This document shows positions 17,009 through 25,752 of a stretch of 64,000 nucleotides of DNA, piece after piece. The stretch lies in the IMG/VR virus record IMGVR_UViG_3300030104_006170. The stretch is one strand, 5' to 3'. Origin of the DNA: a virus. Its lineage: Duplodnaviria > Caudoviricetes. The notes beneath the pieces were generated by a model. The model saw only the letters and a program-made list of their open reading frames with translations. It had not been told where the DNA came from and did no database searches. How positions within the stretch are numbered: position 1 is the stretch's first letter; each line of letters starts with the position of its first letter. A program made the translations under genes and the position numbers.

Positions 17009-17805
17009 TAATCACCCAGGTATTCTAACAGTTGGTAGCTGTCATTTCTTAATTTTCTTAATACTTTTTCTTTTATTTGTCTTACTCTTTCTTTAGTTAG
17101 ACTTAGTCCGTCCCCAATTTCTTGTAGAGTCATTGGTGTACCACATAGACCATAATAGTCTATAATAATGTTTCTTTCTCTTTCATCTAGGCTAGACATC
17201 AATTTATAAAGTTCATCTTTTAAATTAACTTCATCTGCAAAAATATCTTCAGGATTTTCAGCATCTGGATTAACTAATATATCTATGAGAGTATCACCTT
17301 CTTCATTTATTGGTCGGTCATAGTTAATTGTTACTGGTAACATAGCAAGTTTACTATTCCACTTTTCTATTTCCTGACTAATTTTTTTCTTTTCTCTTTG
17401 TAGTTCTTGAATTATGTTCACCGGTAGTCTTATAGTCCTAGCGTTTTCGTTTAGACATTGTAGTATAGATTGTTTAACCCACCAGACAGCGTAAGAAATA
17501 AACCTAAAACCTTTATCCCAATCAAAGTTTTTTATCGCTTTAAGTAAACCATAATTACCTTCTGCAATTAAATCAGAAAGTTCAACCCCTTGTCCTTGGT
17601 AGTCTTTCGCTACACTAATAACAAATCTAAGGTTTCCCTCTAGTAATTCTAAATGTACTTCTTCTCTTTTTTCTATCGGGGTGTTCTTATCTAACATTAT
17701 TTTAGCTAATTCTTTTTCTCTAGCTGGTGTTAGTACTTTTCTTTTTCTCACATCTTTTAAGTAGTGTGATATTTCTGCCTGATTTATAAATGTATTTTTT
17801 GCCAT
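17008..17805 (-). CDS. rpoD: RNA polymerase sigma-70 factor (RpoD/SigA-like, Bacteroidota-type, no region 1.1)
   Basis: Region 1.2 YLKDV; region 2 NLRFVISVAKDY..DLIAEGNYGL.KAI..FD...RFISYAVWW; region 4 HTH MTLQEIG..LSLTKERVRQI. Confidence 0.92.
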   Translation of the reverse strand: MAKNTFINQAEISHYLKDVRKRKVLTPAREKELAKIMLDKNTPIEKREEVHLELLEGNLRFVISVAKDYQGQGVELSDLIAEGNYGLLKAIKNFDWDKGFRFISYAVWWVKQSILQCLNENARTIRLPVNIIQELQREKKKISQEIEKWNSKLAMLPVTINYDRPINEEGDTLIDILVNPDAENPEDIFADEVNLKDELYKLMSSLDERERNIIIDYYGLCGTPMTLQEIGDGLSLTKERVRQIKEKVLRKLRNDSYQLLEYLGD

Positions 17806-17895
17806 TATATTAATTTTTATTAGTTACTATACTATAGTACAATAAGCGTACCATTTAATATTAACTGACTTTTTGTCAGATATATTATATGTGTA

Positions 17896-17926
17896 CAAAT
17901 ATAAAAAATTAATTTGTGGCCAACAA
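17896..17926 (-). promoter_or_regulatory. Bacteroidota-type promoter TTG-N20-TATATTTG upstream of the sigma gene
   Basis: TTGTTG-N17-TATATTTG on the minus strand, about 90 nt upstream of the start codon. Confidence 0.6.
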
Positions 17927-17937
17927 GGATTTGTTGG
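17920..17937. repeat. Inverted repeat CCAACAA-GGAT-TTGTTGG overlapping the upstream promoter element
   Basis: 7-bp perfect stem with a 4-nt loop; a second stem CTGAC-TTTTT-GTCAG lies at 17865-17879. Confidence 0.7.
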
Positions 17938-17943
17938 TTTATT

Positions 17944-18282
17944 TTATATGCAGTAATTTTTTTGTATTAATTCTAAAGCCTCTTCTGCTGTCTCATAACC
18001 TGCACCAGCACTAAATATTTCTTGATTCCCATCAACATCTTCTATTATCATTACTGGAGTATTACTAACTTTATCTGGATGTTTGTCAGCTAAATCATGA
18101 AATTCCCATCTATTAGCAGCATTTTCTTTATTAACCGTATAGTCAGGTGGTGTTTGTGCTGTAATACATTTATTTTGGTATTTTATAAGATTGTTGTCGA
18201 ATAATTGTTGTATTTCTTGACATGAAGGGCAAACAGCTTCTGTCATTAGAGTTATTTTATATTTACTAGTATCTAATTTCAT
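17944..18282 (-). CDS. Thioredoxin/glutaredoxin-fold protein (CPSC)
   Basis: CPSC active-site-like motif near the N-terminus and a cis-Pro-like SNTPVMII segment. Confidence 0.7.
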   Translation of the reverse strand: MKLDTSKYKITLMTEAVCPSCQEIQQLFDNNLIKYQNKCITAQTPPDYTVNKENAANRWEFHDLADKHPDKVSNTPVMIIEDVDGNQEIFSAGAGYETAEEALELIQKNYCI

Positions 18283-18288
18283 TTTTTT

Positions 18289-18846
18289 TTACTTGTTAAA
18301 TTTATTTAAAAATTCTTTTTCTTCTATAGTTAAACTATCGATTCCCTCTTCTATTATTTTATCCAAAAGTCCGTCAATGGTCATTGGAGTTAACTTTGTT
18401 TTTTTAAAATTACTAATATTTTTACTTTTGTCAATGTCTTTCTTCAACTTTTTTACTCTGTCGTTAACTATTGATTGTAACTGTTGAGTTAGTATCTCAG
18501 CAATTTTAGGGTCTATGTTTTTATATTTGGGTTTTGCCTTTCCAAACAAATGATTTTTTAAATTTTCGTCCATTCTATAAGCTAGTTTTCTAGGTTTAGG
18601 CATTAGAAATAGAGTATTTATAAATGGTGAAAGAAATTCTTTTAGTATTTCATCGATTTCTTCAAAGGACAGTCGAGATTTTACACACATTATTATTACA
18701 TGGTCTCCGGTAATGAAAGTAAATTCTTCTTCAGTAACTATAGTCTCCATAACATCTCTAATATTATTAACTACTTCAGAATTTTTTTCAATCATACTCC
18801 AATTACCGAACATAAATAAAAGGTATTGTCTAACTCTTGGTCCCAT
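18289..18846 (-). CDS. Hypothetical protein with C-terminal DUF6576-like motif
   Basis: C-terminus IDGLLDKIIEEGIDSLTIEEKEFLNKF; ATATTTATA lies 3 nt upstream (18850-18858). Confidence 0.7.
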   Translation of the reverse strand: MGPRVRQYLLFMFGNWSMIEKNSEVVNNIRDVMETIVTEEEFTFITGDHVIIMCVKSRLSFEEIDEILKEFLSPFINTLFLMPKPRKLAYRMDENLKNHLFGKAKPKYKNIDPKIAEILTQQLQSIVNDRVKKLKKDIDKSKNISNFKKTKLTPMTIDGLLDKIIEEGIDSLTIEEKEFLNKFNK

Positions 18847-18858
18847 ACTTATAAATAT

Positions 18859-21186
18859 TTATTTTAATTTAGAAATATTACTTTCTTTAGTGATTGTTAT
18901 TATATTATCGGACCATTCTCTTACTAAAGGATTATGTGTGATTAAAAATATATTTTCAAAATAATCTTTAACTCTACTAAAAAATGTACCTACCTGGTCA
19001 AGATTTTCATTACTTACCTTACCCAATACTTCATCAAATACAGTTATGTTTGGTCGTGGTAGACAAGATACCTTAGTCAATACCGTTCTAATAGCAAGAG
19101 ATGCTAGTGTTTTTTCAAAACCACTCCCAGTAACTAATAATTTTTCTACGCCAGTATTATTATCTACCATCCAAAACTCTACTTCATTTTTATCACTAAC
19201 TCTTATTTCAACCATAAAATTAGTTACGTCGGATAATAACCTCATTAATTCACTATTAAGTTTTGGTACGACACTTTTAACTATTGTTTTTATTATCCCA
19301 TTCTTACCAAATACAGTTAAATAAGCTCTAAAAATTTCTTCAACTTCATTTTCTTTTTTAATTTTACTTATCTTAGTATTATGTTCTACTATAGTGTCTT
19401 CTGCTACTTTTATCCCACTAATATTACTTTCTATATCTCTTATTAAAGAATCCTTATTTGTTTTTAATACGTCTATGGTAGAGTTAGTGGTTAATATTTT
19501 TTTATCTATTTCCGCATTTTCTTCAAGTTTATTTTTATTACTTTCCCATTCTTCTAATTTATTTCTTAACTCCCTTATATCTAATTCTTTTTTATTTATC
19601 TCTAATACTAATCTTTCTTTTTTTAACATTTCTTTCTCGTACTCATCAAAAATTGTTTTTTTAGTGGTGAGTTTATCTACTTCTTCATTTAGGTTAGTTA
19701 GTTTTATTTCTTCCTTATTTATTGTGGTGGTTAGTTGGTTTACTTCATTTTTTAAGGATTCAATCTCATCTGTATGGTCGACATCTTTTAAAGGTTGTTT
19801 ACAAGTAGGGCATATTTCTGCCTCTATTAAATTTTTTAATGTTTTATTTAAATTTTTTAAATTAGTTGTATTTTGTATCTTTTTATGTAAGGTATTATCC
19901 CTTTCTTTTGTCTTATGACTTAAAATTTCTAAGTCTATCTCTTCTGGAATTTCTTTATCCCCATAAGCTTTTAATTTTAAATCTAAACTTAATAAATTTG
20001 AATTATTTTCATCTAGATTTTCTTTTAATAACCTAGGATTTACCTTCTCTATTTCACTATCTATATCAATAAATTTTTTACTTATTAATTCATCCCTATT
20101 TTTATTGTTCTTTAACAGTTCAACCTCTACTTTTTTTAGATTTTTTTCATTCTCTATGTTATTTTGTGTTAAGGTATTTTTTGTTTCCTCTTCTTTTTTA
20201 ATACCTTGTTTTAAATCTTCAATATTATAAACATTAGATATTAATTTTTTTGACCAAGCGGAATACATTTCTTTACACGTTTTTTCTTTGTCTTTTAAAA
20301 CTTCTAGACCTATAAATCTACTTAAAACATTACCTCTTTCTGTAGGTTTTGACTCTATAAGTGATTCTAGGTTACCAGCAGTAGATAAAACTGTTAGTAA
20401 AAAATCATTCATAGTACCAATAGATTCCTTTATAAACTTTTCCGTTTCTCTTCTTTGTTCACCTGTAAAATTTTGTAATGAACCGTCTTTTTTTCTTTCT
20501 AAAAACTCTAAACTAGTACTAACAGACCAATCCCCTTTTTTTGTCTTTCTTCTTTTAATTTTTCTAACTATAATATAATCTTTCCCATCTATTTCAACTT
20601 CTCCTTGAACGAAAACTTCATTACTTTTTCTAAATCTATTAAAAATATCGATTGCTTTAGTAGTTTTAGTTGTGGTGTTAAAGAATAAGAATAGTATTAG
20701 GTCTACAGCTAAAACGGATTTACCCCCAAAATTGGGTGGGTTAGAGTCTATGACGGTAATACCCCCTAGTTTTTCTACATTTAGTGTGTTATTATCCCCA
20801 AATGATAAGAAATTAGAAAATTTTATATTTTTAATATACACTCTTTTGTATTTGGTGTCCATTTCGACTTCATCCGCAATTTTTGCGTTTACCTTATCAT
20901 CTAATCTTTTCAACAAATCTATATCCACTCTCATATCATTTGCCATAACAAATTGTGACATGAGATTCCTTTGATATGTGGTGTCCATTACATTTTGTTC
21001 TAGGTCTATATCTAGTTCGTTTCCTGACTTTCTATCAATAGCTCTAGTAAGGACTGTTACATTCTTAGAATTGTATTTGTTTTGAAAGTAACTTCTAACC
21101 CTTTTAATTCTTTCTTGTGTAAAATTTTCTGGTATGTCGTCCCATGTAACCTTAATGAAAGGATTTTCTAACTTATCTATTTCCAT
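18859..21186 (-). CDS. sbcC: SbcC/Rad50-like SMC ATPase (T4 gp46-like recombination nuclease subunit)
   Basis: KFSNFLSFG, Walker A GGKS, coiled coils with a CPTC zinc hook, signature GSGFEK, Walker B VFDEVLG, H-loop LITH. Confidence 0.9.
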   Translation of the reverse strand: MEIDKLENPFIKVTWDDIPENFTQERIKRVRSYFQNKYNSKNVTVLTRAIDRKSGNELDIDLEQNVMDTTYQRNLMSQFVMANDMRVDIDLLKRLDDKVNAKIADEVEMDTKYKRVYIKNIKFSNFLSFGDNNTLNVEKLGGITVIDSNPPNFGGKSVLAVDLILFLFFNTTTKTTKAIDIFNRFRKSNEVFVQGEVEIDGKDYIIVRKIKRRKTKKGDWSVSTSLEFLERKKDGSLQNFTGEQRRETEKFIKESIGTMNDFLLTVLSTAGNLESLIESKPTERGNVLSRFIGLEVLKDKEKTCKEMYSAWSKKLISNVYNIEDLKQGIKKEEETKNTLTQNNIENEKNLKKVEVELLKNNKNRDELISKKFIDIDSEIEKVNPRLLKENLDENNSNLLSLDLKLKAYGDKEIPEEIDLEILSHKTKERDNTLHKKIQNTTNLKNLNKTLKNLIEAEICPTCKQPLKDVDHTDEIESLKNEVNQLTTTINKEEIKLTNLNEEVDKLTTKKTIFDEYEKEMLKKERLVLEINKKELDIRELRNKLEEWESNKNKLEENAEIDKKILTTNSTIDVLKTNKDSLIRDIESNISGIKVAEDTIVEHNTKISKIKKENEVEEIFRAYLTVFGKNGIIKTIVKSVVPKLNSELMRLLSDVTNFMVEIRVSDKNEVEFWMVDNNTGVEKLLVTGSGFEKTLASLAIRTVLTKVSCLPRPNITVFDEVLGKVSNENLDQVGTFFSRVKDYFENIFLITHNPLVREWSDNIITITKESNISKLK

Positions 21187-21221
21187 GTCTTAAATATCGT
21201 ATATTTATTAGTATAAATCAA
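21187..21221 (-). promoter_or_regulatory. Class I promoter TTGATT-N17-GATATT-N6-ATG; shares the gap with a plus-strand ATATTTAT (21201-21208)
   Basis: The TTG starts exactly 35 nt before the sbcC ATG; the divergent gap is 41 bp. Confidence 0.5.
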
Positions 21222-21227
21222 TATGAA

Positions 21228-21950
21228 GTGAAAATTAGAATAACCGAAAATCAGTACACTAAATTAGTTAAGGAACAGAGGATTAGTATAGACAAAATTA
21301 AGAAAAATCTTCCTGACCCAATTAAAAAAATAGCGGAAGCTATCATTAATAGATTAACTAAACCTAGTCCTACTGATTATAAAACATTACGTACATTATC
21401 TAGAGATAAATTAAAAAAAGTTTTAAGTTACATTCCTTCTAAATATAAAAATAATGGTGATGCTCCAACATTGTACCCAATACCCACTTTACCAAAAAAA
21501 ATTAATAGTTGTTATGGGTATAGAACTGCTACTGGTACTAATAGATTACACAGTGGTGTGGATTTGGATACTACTGGTTTAAGAAATGACCAACCTCTTA
21601 TATCTGCATGTGCGGGTATTGTTAGTAAAGCTAGTGATGATGGTGGTGATTGTGGTGGTTTTATAAAAGTTGATTGTAATAATGGGGATGCTGTTGGTTA
21701 TTGCCATATGAAAGTTGTTAATGAAAACTTGTATGGTTTAAAAATACCTAAAGGTTTTCCTGTTGGGGTTTCTGGTGGTGGTGAAGGTGACCCAGGTGCT
21801 GGTAATTCTATGGGTCCTCACTTACATTACATGATTTGGAAGGGTGGTAAAAAAGTTAACCCTATAAATGTGATGGCTGGTGGACATACTATTCCTGCTG
21901 GTGGTAGTGAAAATAGAAAGGGTAAGTATTGTGACCCTAACGCTAGATAG
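21228..21950 (+). CDS. M23 family peptidoglycan endopeptidase with MKIRITENQY leader (GTG start)
   Basis: HSGVDL (HxxxD), ISACAGIV, GGFIKV, YCHM, GNSMGPHLHY (HxH). Confidence 0.9.
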   Translation: MKIRITENQYTKLVKEQRISIDKIKKNLPDPIKKIAEAIINRLTKPSPTDYKTLRTLSRDKLKKVLSYIPSKYKNNGDAPTLYPIPTLPKKINSCYGYRTATGTNRLHSGVDLDTTGLRNDQPLISACAGIVSKASDDGGDCGGFIKVDCNNGDAVGYCHMKVVNENLYGLKIPKGFPVGVSGGGEGDPGAGNSMGPHLHYMIWKGGKKVNPINVMAGGHTIPAGGSENRKGKYCDPNAR

Positions 21951-22977
21951 TTTTAAAATAATCTTTAAAAATTTTTCCTTTATATTTTTCTAGTTTACTA
22001 TAAAGTTCCCCATCTTTTTGTTGTTTAATGTCTTCCATTAATACATCTATATCATTTTGTGTTTTAGGCATTAGGCCAACTAAAATTTCTGTAGGTACTT
22101 TGGTCGGTACTGTTTTCCAATACCTACAAAGTTGTATATATCCTAGGTTAACGCCTATATTTTTTGTTATTTTTAAATTAGTTGAAAATTTTAGAATAGT
22201 AAGTATGGTTATTAGTAGTGGATTTTTAATTACTTCTTTTATTTTTACCTTAATGTGTCCCATTGTTTTTCTTTTAAACTCATTAAATTCTTTTCTGGTT
22301 AGCATTTTAACAAAAATATCTTGAGTATTTTTAAACTCGGTTGGTGATGATAAGTATTTTTTTTGTAGAAGAATAGTAGACATTCCGTTGAAGTGGTTGT
22401 ATTGTACTGGTACTTTTTTTATTTGCTTTCCTAGATTTAGTATCTTTGTAGAAAACATTACATCCTCAAATCCCCAATAATAACTTTCATCGTACCCATC
22501 TATTTCTAAAAATTTTTCTCTTTCTAAAACTACTGGTACTTCTTTTAGATATTTTTTTTGTTTTATAATTTTTAGTGGTTCAATATCTGTATGCAACTCC
22601 GGACCCACCATATATACTTTTTCAGTTAATTGATTTGTTAGTTTTTTAACCCAATTATTATCTAGTATTTCACAATCATCATGAAAAAGTGCAACGTACT
22701 TACTTTGTGAATTTATTACACCCGTATTAAAAGCTTTGGGTAAATGATTGGGTAGAGATTTTATTACATTTATTCTTTTATTTACCACATTTATATAACC
22801 TTCATCTAATAAAATATCTTTAACGTTTTGGTCTGGACTATTATCCACAACTATTAACTCAATCTGCCAACCTATATGGTCAGTTGTACTCATAATACTG
22901 GATAAAGTTCTTTCAGTTAAAAACTTATTATTTAATCCATTTGTAATTACTACACAAGAAATACTATTATTTACCAT
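21943..22977 (-). CDS. Glycosyltransferase family 2
   Basis: LIVVDNSPD, AFNTGV...KYVALFHDDCE (DxD-like), FLEIDGYDESYYWGFEDV. Confidence 0.85.
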   Translation of the reverse strand: MVNNSISCVVITNGLNNKFLTERTLSSIMSTTDHIGWQIELIVVDNSPDQNVKDILLDEGYINVVNKRINVIKSLPNHLPKAFNTGVINSQSKYVALFHDDCEILDNNWVKKLTNQLTEKVYMVGPELHTDIEPLKIIKQKKYLKEVPVVLEREKFLEIDGYDESYYWGFEDVMFSTKILNLGKQIKKVPVQYNHFNGMSTILLQKKYLSSPTEFKNTQDIFVKMLTRKEFNEFKRKTMGHIKVKIKEVIKNPLLITILTILKFSTNLKITKNIGVNLGYIQLCRYWKTVPTKVPTEILVGLMPKTQNDIDVLMEDIKQQKDGELYSKLEKYKGKIFKDYFKTI

Positions 22978-24158
22978 CCACCTTTTATTGCTTTAACAAT
23001 ATATTCTTTATCCTCTTTACTTAACCACCATCCAACTGGTATACAAATCATTTCATTAACTAACTTATCTAAGTTGGGTAAATTTCTTTTATATTTTTCT
23101 ACACACGAGTGTTTGTCATTACGTTCATGTATTCTACTAACCATTATACCTTTTGATTCCATCATGTCCATAAATTTTTTTTGATTTTTAACCCTGATTG
23201 TATAAATCCAATAAGAACATTCGTTTTCACTTTTTATTAATTTAAGATTTTTTAAACCCCTTAATTCTTTATTATAGTAAAGAGCATTTTGTTTGTGTTT
23301 TTCTAAAATACTTTCTATGTGTTTAAAATTACACAATCCTATGGTCGCAGAAATATCATTCATATGAAATTTAAATCCCCATTCAGGTATATCATTTTCA
23401 CATCTAAAATCTTTCCTATTATCCTCCCTATCAATACCATACCACCTTAAAAGTTTTGCTCTTTTATAGTATCTATTATTTGGTAGAATTAAACACCCAC
23501 CGTCAACTGTTGTAAGGTGTTTAATAGCTTGAAAACTATAGATAGTGAATGTATCGTGTTTGGTGTTTCCTAATTTTTTACCTTTATACTCGGAACCAAA
23601 TCCATGAGCCCCGTCTTGGATTATTACGGGTCTAAATCCGTATTTATTTTTACATTTTTGTTGTATTTTTTCTACCCTATCTAAGTCTATAGAGTTACCA
23701 CCCCAATGTACTAACATGATGATTTTGGTTTTTTCTGATATCTGTTTTTCTAAATCATCTAAACACATGTTACAAGTTTCTGGGTTAACATCAACCCATT
23801 TTATATTTAAATTATTGGCTAGTATAGGCCAGTTAGTGGCTGTACATGTAAGGGGACAACTGAGTACTTCGTCACCATCTTCTAAACCAGGCCACTCACC
23901 TAGTTGAGGTGCATAATCAGATGAAGATTCTATGGTGTTTGTTGGGTTTTTTAATAAATGTAAAGTTAGGTGTAAAGCTGAAGTAGCTGAATTTAATGTA
24001 ACAAGATTATTACTATCAAAATAGTTTTTTAATTTATCTTCAAACTTTTTTACCTGTGGTCCTTCACCCACAAAACCGGACATTAGTATTTTACCTACTT
24101 CAGTAGGTGCCTCCTCTGACATAAAAACTTTAAATAGGGGTATTTGGGTTTTATCCAT
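22971..24158 (-). CDS. DegT/DnrJ/EryC1/StrS family PLP-dependent sugar aminotransferase
   Basis: NSATSALHL, PLTCTAT, WVDVNPET, IIQDGAHGFG, YSFQAIKHLTTVDGG (PLP lysine), GFKFHMND, LPVGW-like end. Confidence 0.92.
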   Translation of the reverse strand: MDKTQIPLFKVFMSEEAPTEVGKILMSGFVGEGPQVKKFEDKLKNYFDSNNLVTLNSATSALHLTLHLLKNPTNTIESSSDYAPQLGEWPGLEDGDEVLSCPLTCTATNWPILANNLNIKWVDVNPETCNMCLDDLEKQISEKTKIIMLVHWGGNSIDLDRVEKIQQKCKNKYGFRPVIIQDGAHGFGSEYKGKKLGNTKHDTFTIYSFQAIKHLTTVDGGCLILPNNRYYKRAKLLRWYGIDREDNRKDFRCENDIPEWGFKFHMNDISATIGLCNFKHIESILEKHKQNALYYNKELRGLKNLKLIKSENECSYWIYTIRVKNQKKFMDMMESKGIMVSRIHERNDKHSCVEKYKRNLPNLDKLVNEMICIPVGWWLSKEDKEYIVKAIKGGW

Positions 24159-24193
24159 AATTTAAATATAAAATATTATGGATAATAAATCAA
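24159..24193 (-). promoter_or_regulatory. Class I promoter TTGATT-N17-TATATT-N6-ATG
   Basis: The TTG starts exactly 35 nt before the ATG. Confidence 0.65.
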
Positions 24194-24194
24194 A

Positions 24195-24527
24195 TTAAAC
24201 TACTCCTGGTCCGTTGTCTTCGTCTTTGGGTCTATTTTCTTCAAACCACTCTACCATCGCATTAATTGCCCATACTGAACCACTAGCTAACATACCATCA
24301 AAAAATATACTAGTGTAAGGGATAAACGTCATACTTTCTGTTGGGGAGTAGAACGTTAATGAGAAAAAGAATCCTACCCATGTAGATGTACACATCATAC
24401 ATCCAATTAAGTCACCAAAAAAAGTTGATTTTTTTGTTATCCATTCTCTTGTGGTGTCAAATATACTACCAAATACTAATATTTGGGACATTCCGTAAGC
24501 TGCTAAAATCCATATAAGTGTTTCCAT
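24195..24527 (-). CDS. DUF1360-like membrane protein with CxxC (CMMC)
   Basis: Hydrophobic helices; GSIFDTTREW...FGDLIGCMMCTSTWVG pattern. Confidence 0.7.
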   Translation of the reverse strand: METLIWILAAYGMSQILVFGSIFDTTREWITKKSTFFGDLIGCMMCTSTWVGFFFSLTFYSPTESMTFIPYTSIFFDGMLASGSVWAINAMVEWFEENRPKDEDNGPGVV

Positions 24528-24530
24528 AAT

Positions 24531-24977
24531 TTAATCTAAGTATGTGTCGTTTAAGTTAGATGTTCTCATGTATTTTGTCCTTCTATTTACTGTAACGTTT
24601 TTAAAGTGTTCCAATACATCATCTTGTTCTTTTATTTTATTTTTTTGTTCGTTGATAGTGGTTTTTGACTCCACTAGTTCTAATTTTATTTTTTCTAACT
24701 CTTCTATCAAATGAGTGTCTTTAACCTCTTTTGTTATTATCTTTTCTACTATCACCTCTTTCTCTACCGGTATCTCTTTTATAACCTCTTTTATAATTTC
24801 TTTTTCTACAGGTACTTCTTGTATCTGAGATTTTGGTAAAAAAGGTGCAACACCGTATTTATCTAAAGTTAGTCCATCCTTTGCACATTTAACAATAAAA
24901 TCTGATATATTGTCTATCTCATTTAATTTACAATATTCATCAAATTCTTTTTTTAATGTTTTATTTATTTCAATCAT
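24531..24977 (-). CDS. Hypothetical coiled-coil protein with (V/I)EKE(I/V)(I/V) repeats
   Basis: VPVEKEIIKEVIKEIPVEKEVIVEKIITKEV. Confidence 0.7.
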   Translation of the reverse strand: MIEINKTLKKEFDEYCKLNEIDNISDFIVKCAKDGLTLDKYGVAPFLPKSQIQEVPVEKEIIKEVIKEIPVEKEVIVEKIITKEVKDTHLIEELEKIKLELVESKTTINEQKNKIKEQDDVLEHFKNVTVNRRTKYMRTSNLNDTYLD

Positions 24978-25752
24978 TAGTTAAAATTTCTTTTTCTTTT
25001 TCTATGTCCCCAATGTCTCTTATCTTAAAATTAAGATATGGTTGGTTATTATCAAGTGTAAAAAATTTATATTTTTCTGTGTTAACGTTGTAAACCCCAT
25101 ATCCATGATTTTTTATACTTTCACCGAAATTTTGTATTATAGTGGAACCAACCATATATGCTTTTTTACCCCTAGGAATTTTAAATGTTTGTCTTTTGTG
25201 TATATCACCAGCAAAAACAACATCACACCCATCAAATCTATCAACACTAAATCCATCGTCAAATACAAATCCGAAGTCATTTGAAGCTCCTTCTATCGGT
25301 CCATGAAATAAACCTATTTTATATTTATCCGTATCTTCAGGTATGTCCGGACTTACATTATGACTAGTAAGTGAGTAAACACACCATAAAATGTTATCAT
25401 CTACGTAGCAACCTTTATCTTTATAGTAAACAATGTTAGGGTTATCTAAACTTTCTACCACTGGTGATATAGCGTCCATCCTATCCATATTATTTTCTAA
25501 AAAGTCATGGTTTCCTATAATGTAAACACACTTGCAAATTTTTGCTGTTTCTGTCATCACCCAAGACATTAAATTTATTAACTCTGGTGTCATTTGATTT
25601 TTCGAGTGTACGAAATCTCCGGTAAACACAATTCTGTCTGGTTTTAGTTCTGTCCATTCCTCAATAGCCTTTTCTAAAACTTTTTTATCTCTTTTGTGTT
25701 GTTTGTAGAGTTTTAAGTGTAAATCAGAATAATGTATTATTTTATTTATCAT
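24970..25752 (-). CDS. sbcD: SbcD/Mre11-like metallophosphoesterase nuclease (T4 gp47-like)
   Basis: SDLH, TGDFVH, IGNHD, LFHG, AGDIHKRQ, GS..QNFGE. Confidence 0.85.
   Translation of the reverse strand: MINKIIHYSDLHLKLYKQHKRDKKVLEKAIEEWTELKPDRIVFTGDFVHSKNQMTPELINLMSWVMTETAKICKCVYIIGNHDFLENNMDRMDAISPVVESLDNPNIVYYKDKGCYVDDNILWCVYSLTSHNVSPDIPEDTDKYKIGLFHGPIEGASNDFGFVFDDGFSVDRFDGCDVVFAGDIHKRQTFKIPRGKKAYMVGSTIIQNFGESIKNHGYGVYNVNTEKYKFFTLDNNQPYLNFKIRDIGDIEKEKEILTND

Noticed and set aside
17806-17943. tRNA or structured ncRNA in the largest intergenic gap
   Set aside because: Only two short stems are present, with no cloverleaf or T-loop GTTC motif; the gap is explained by a promoter and 5' UTR.
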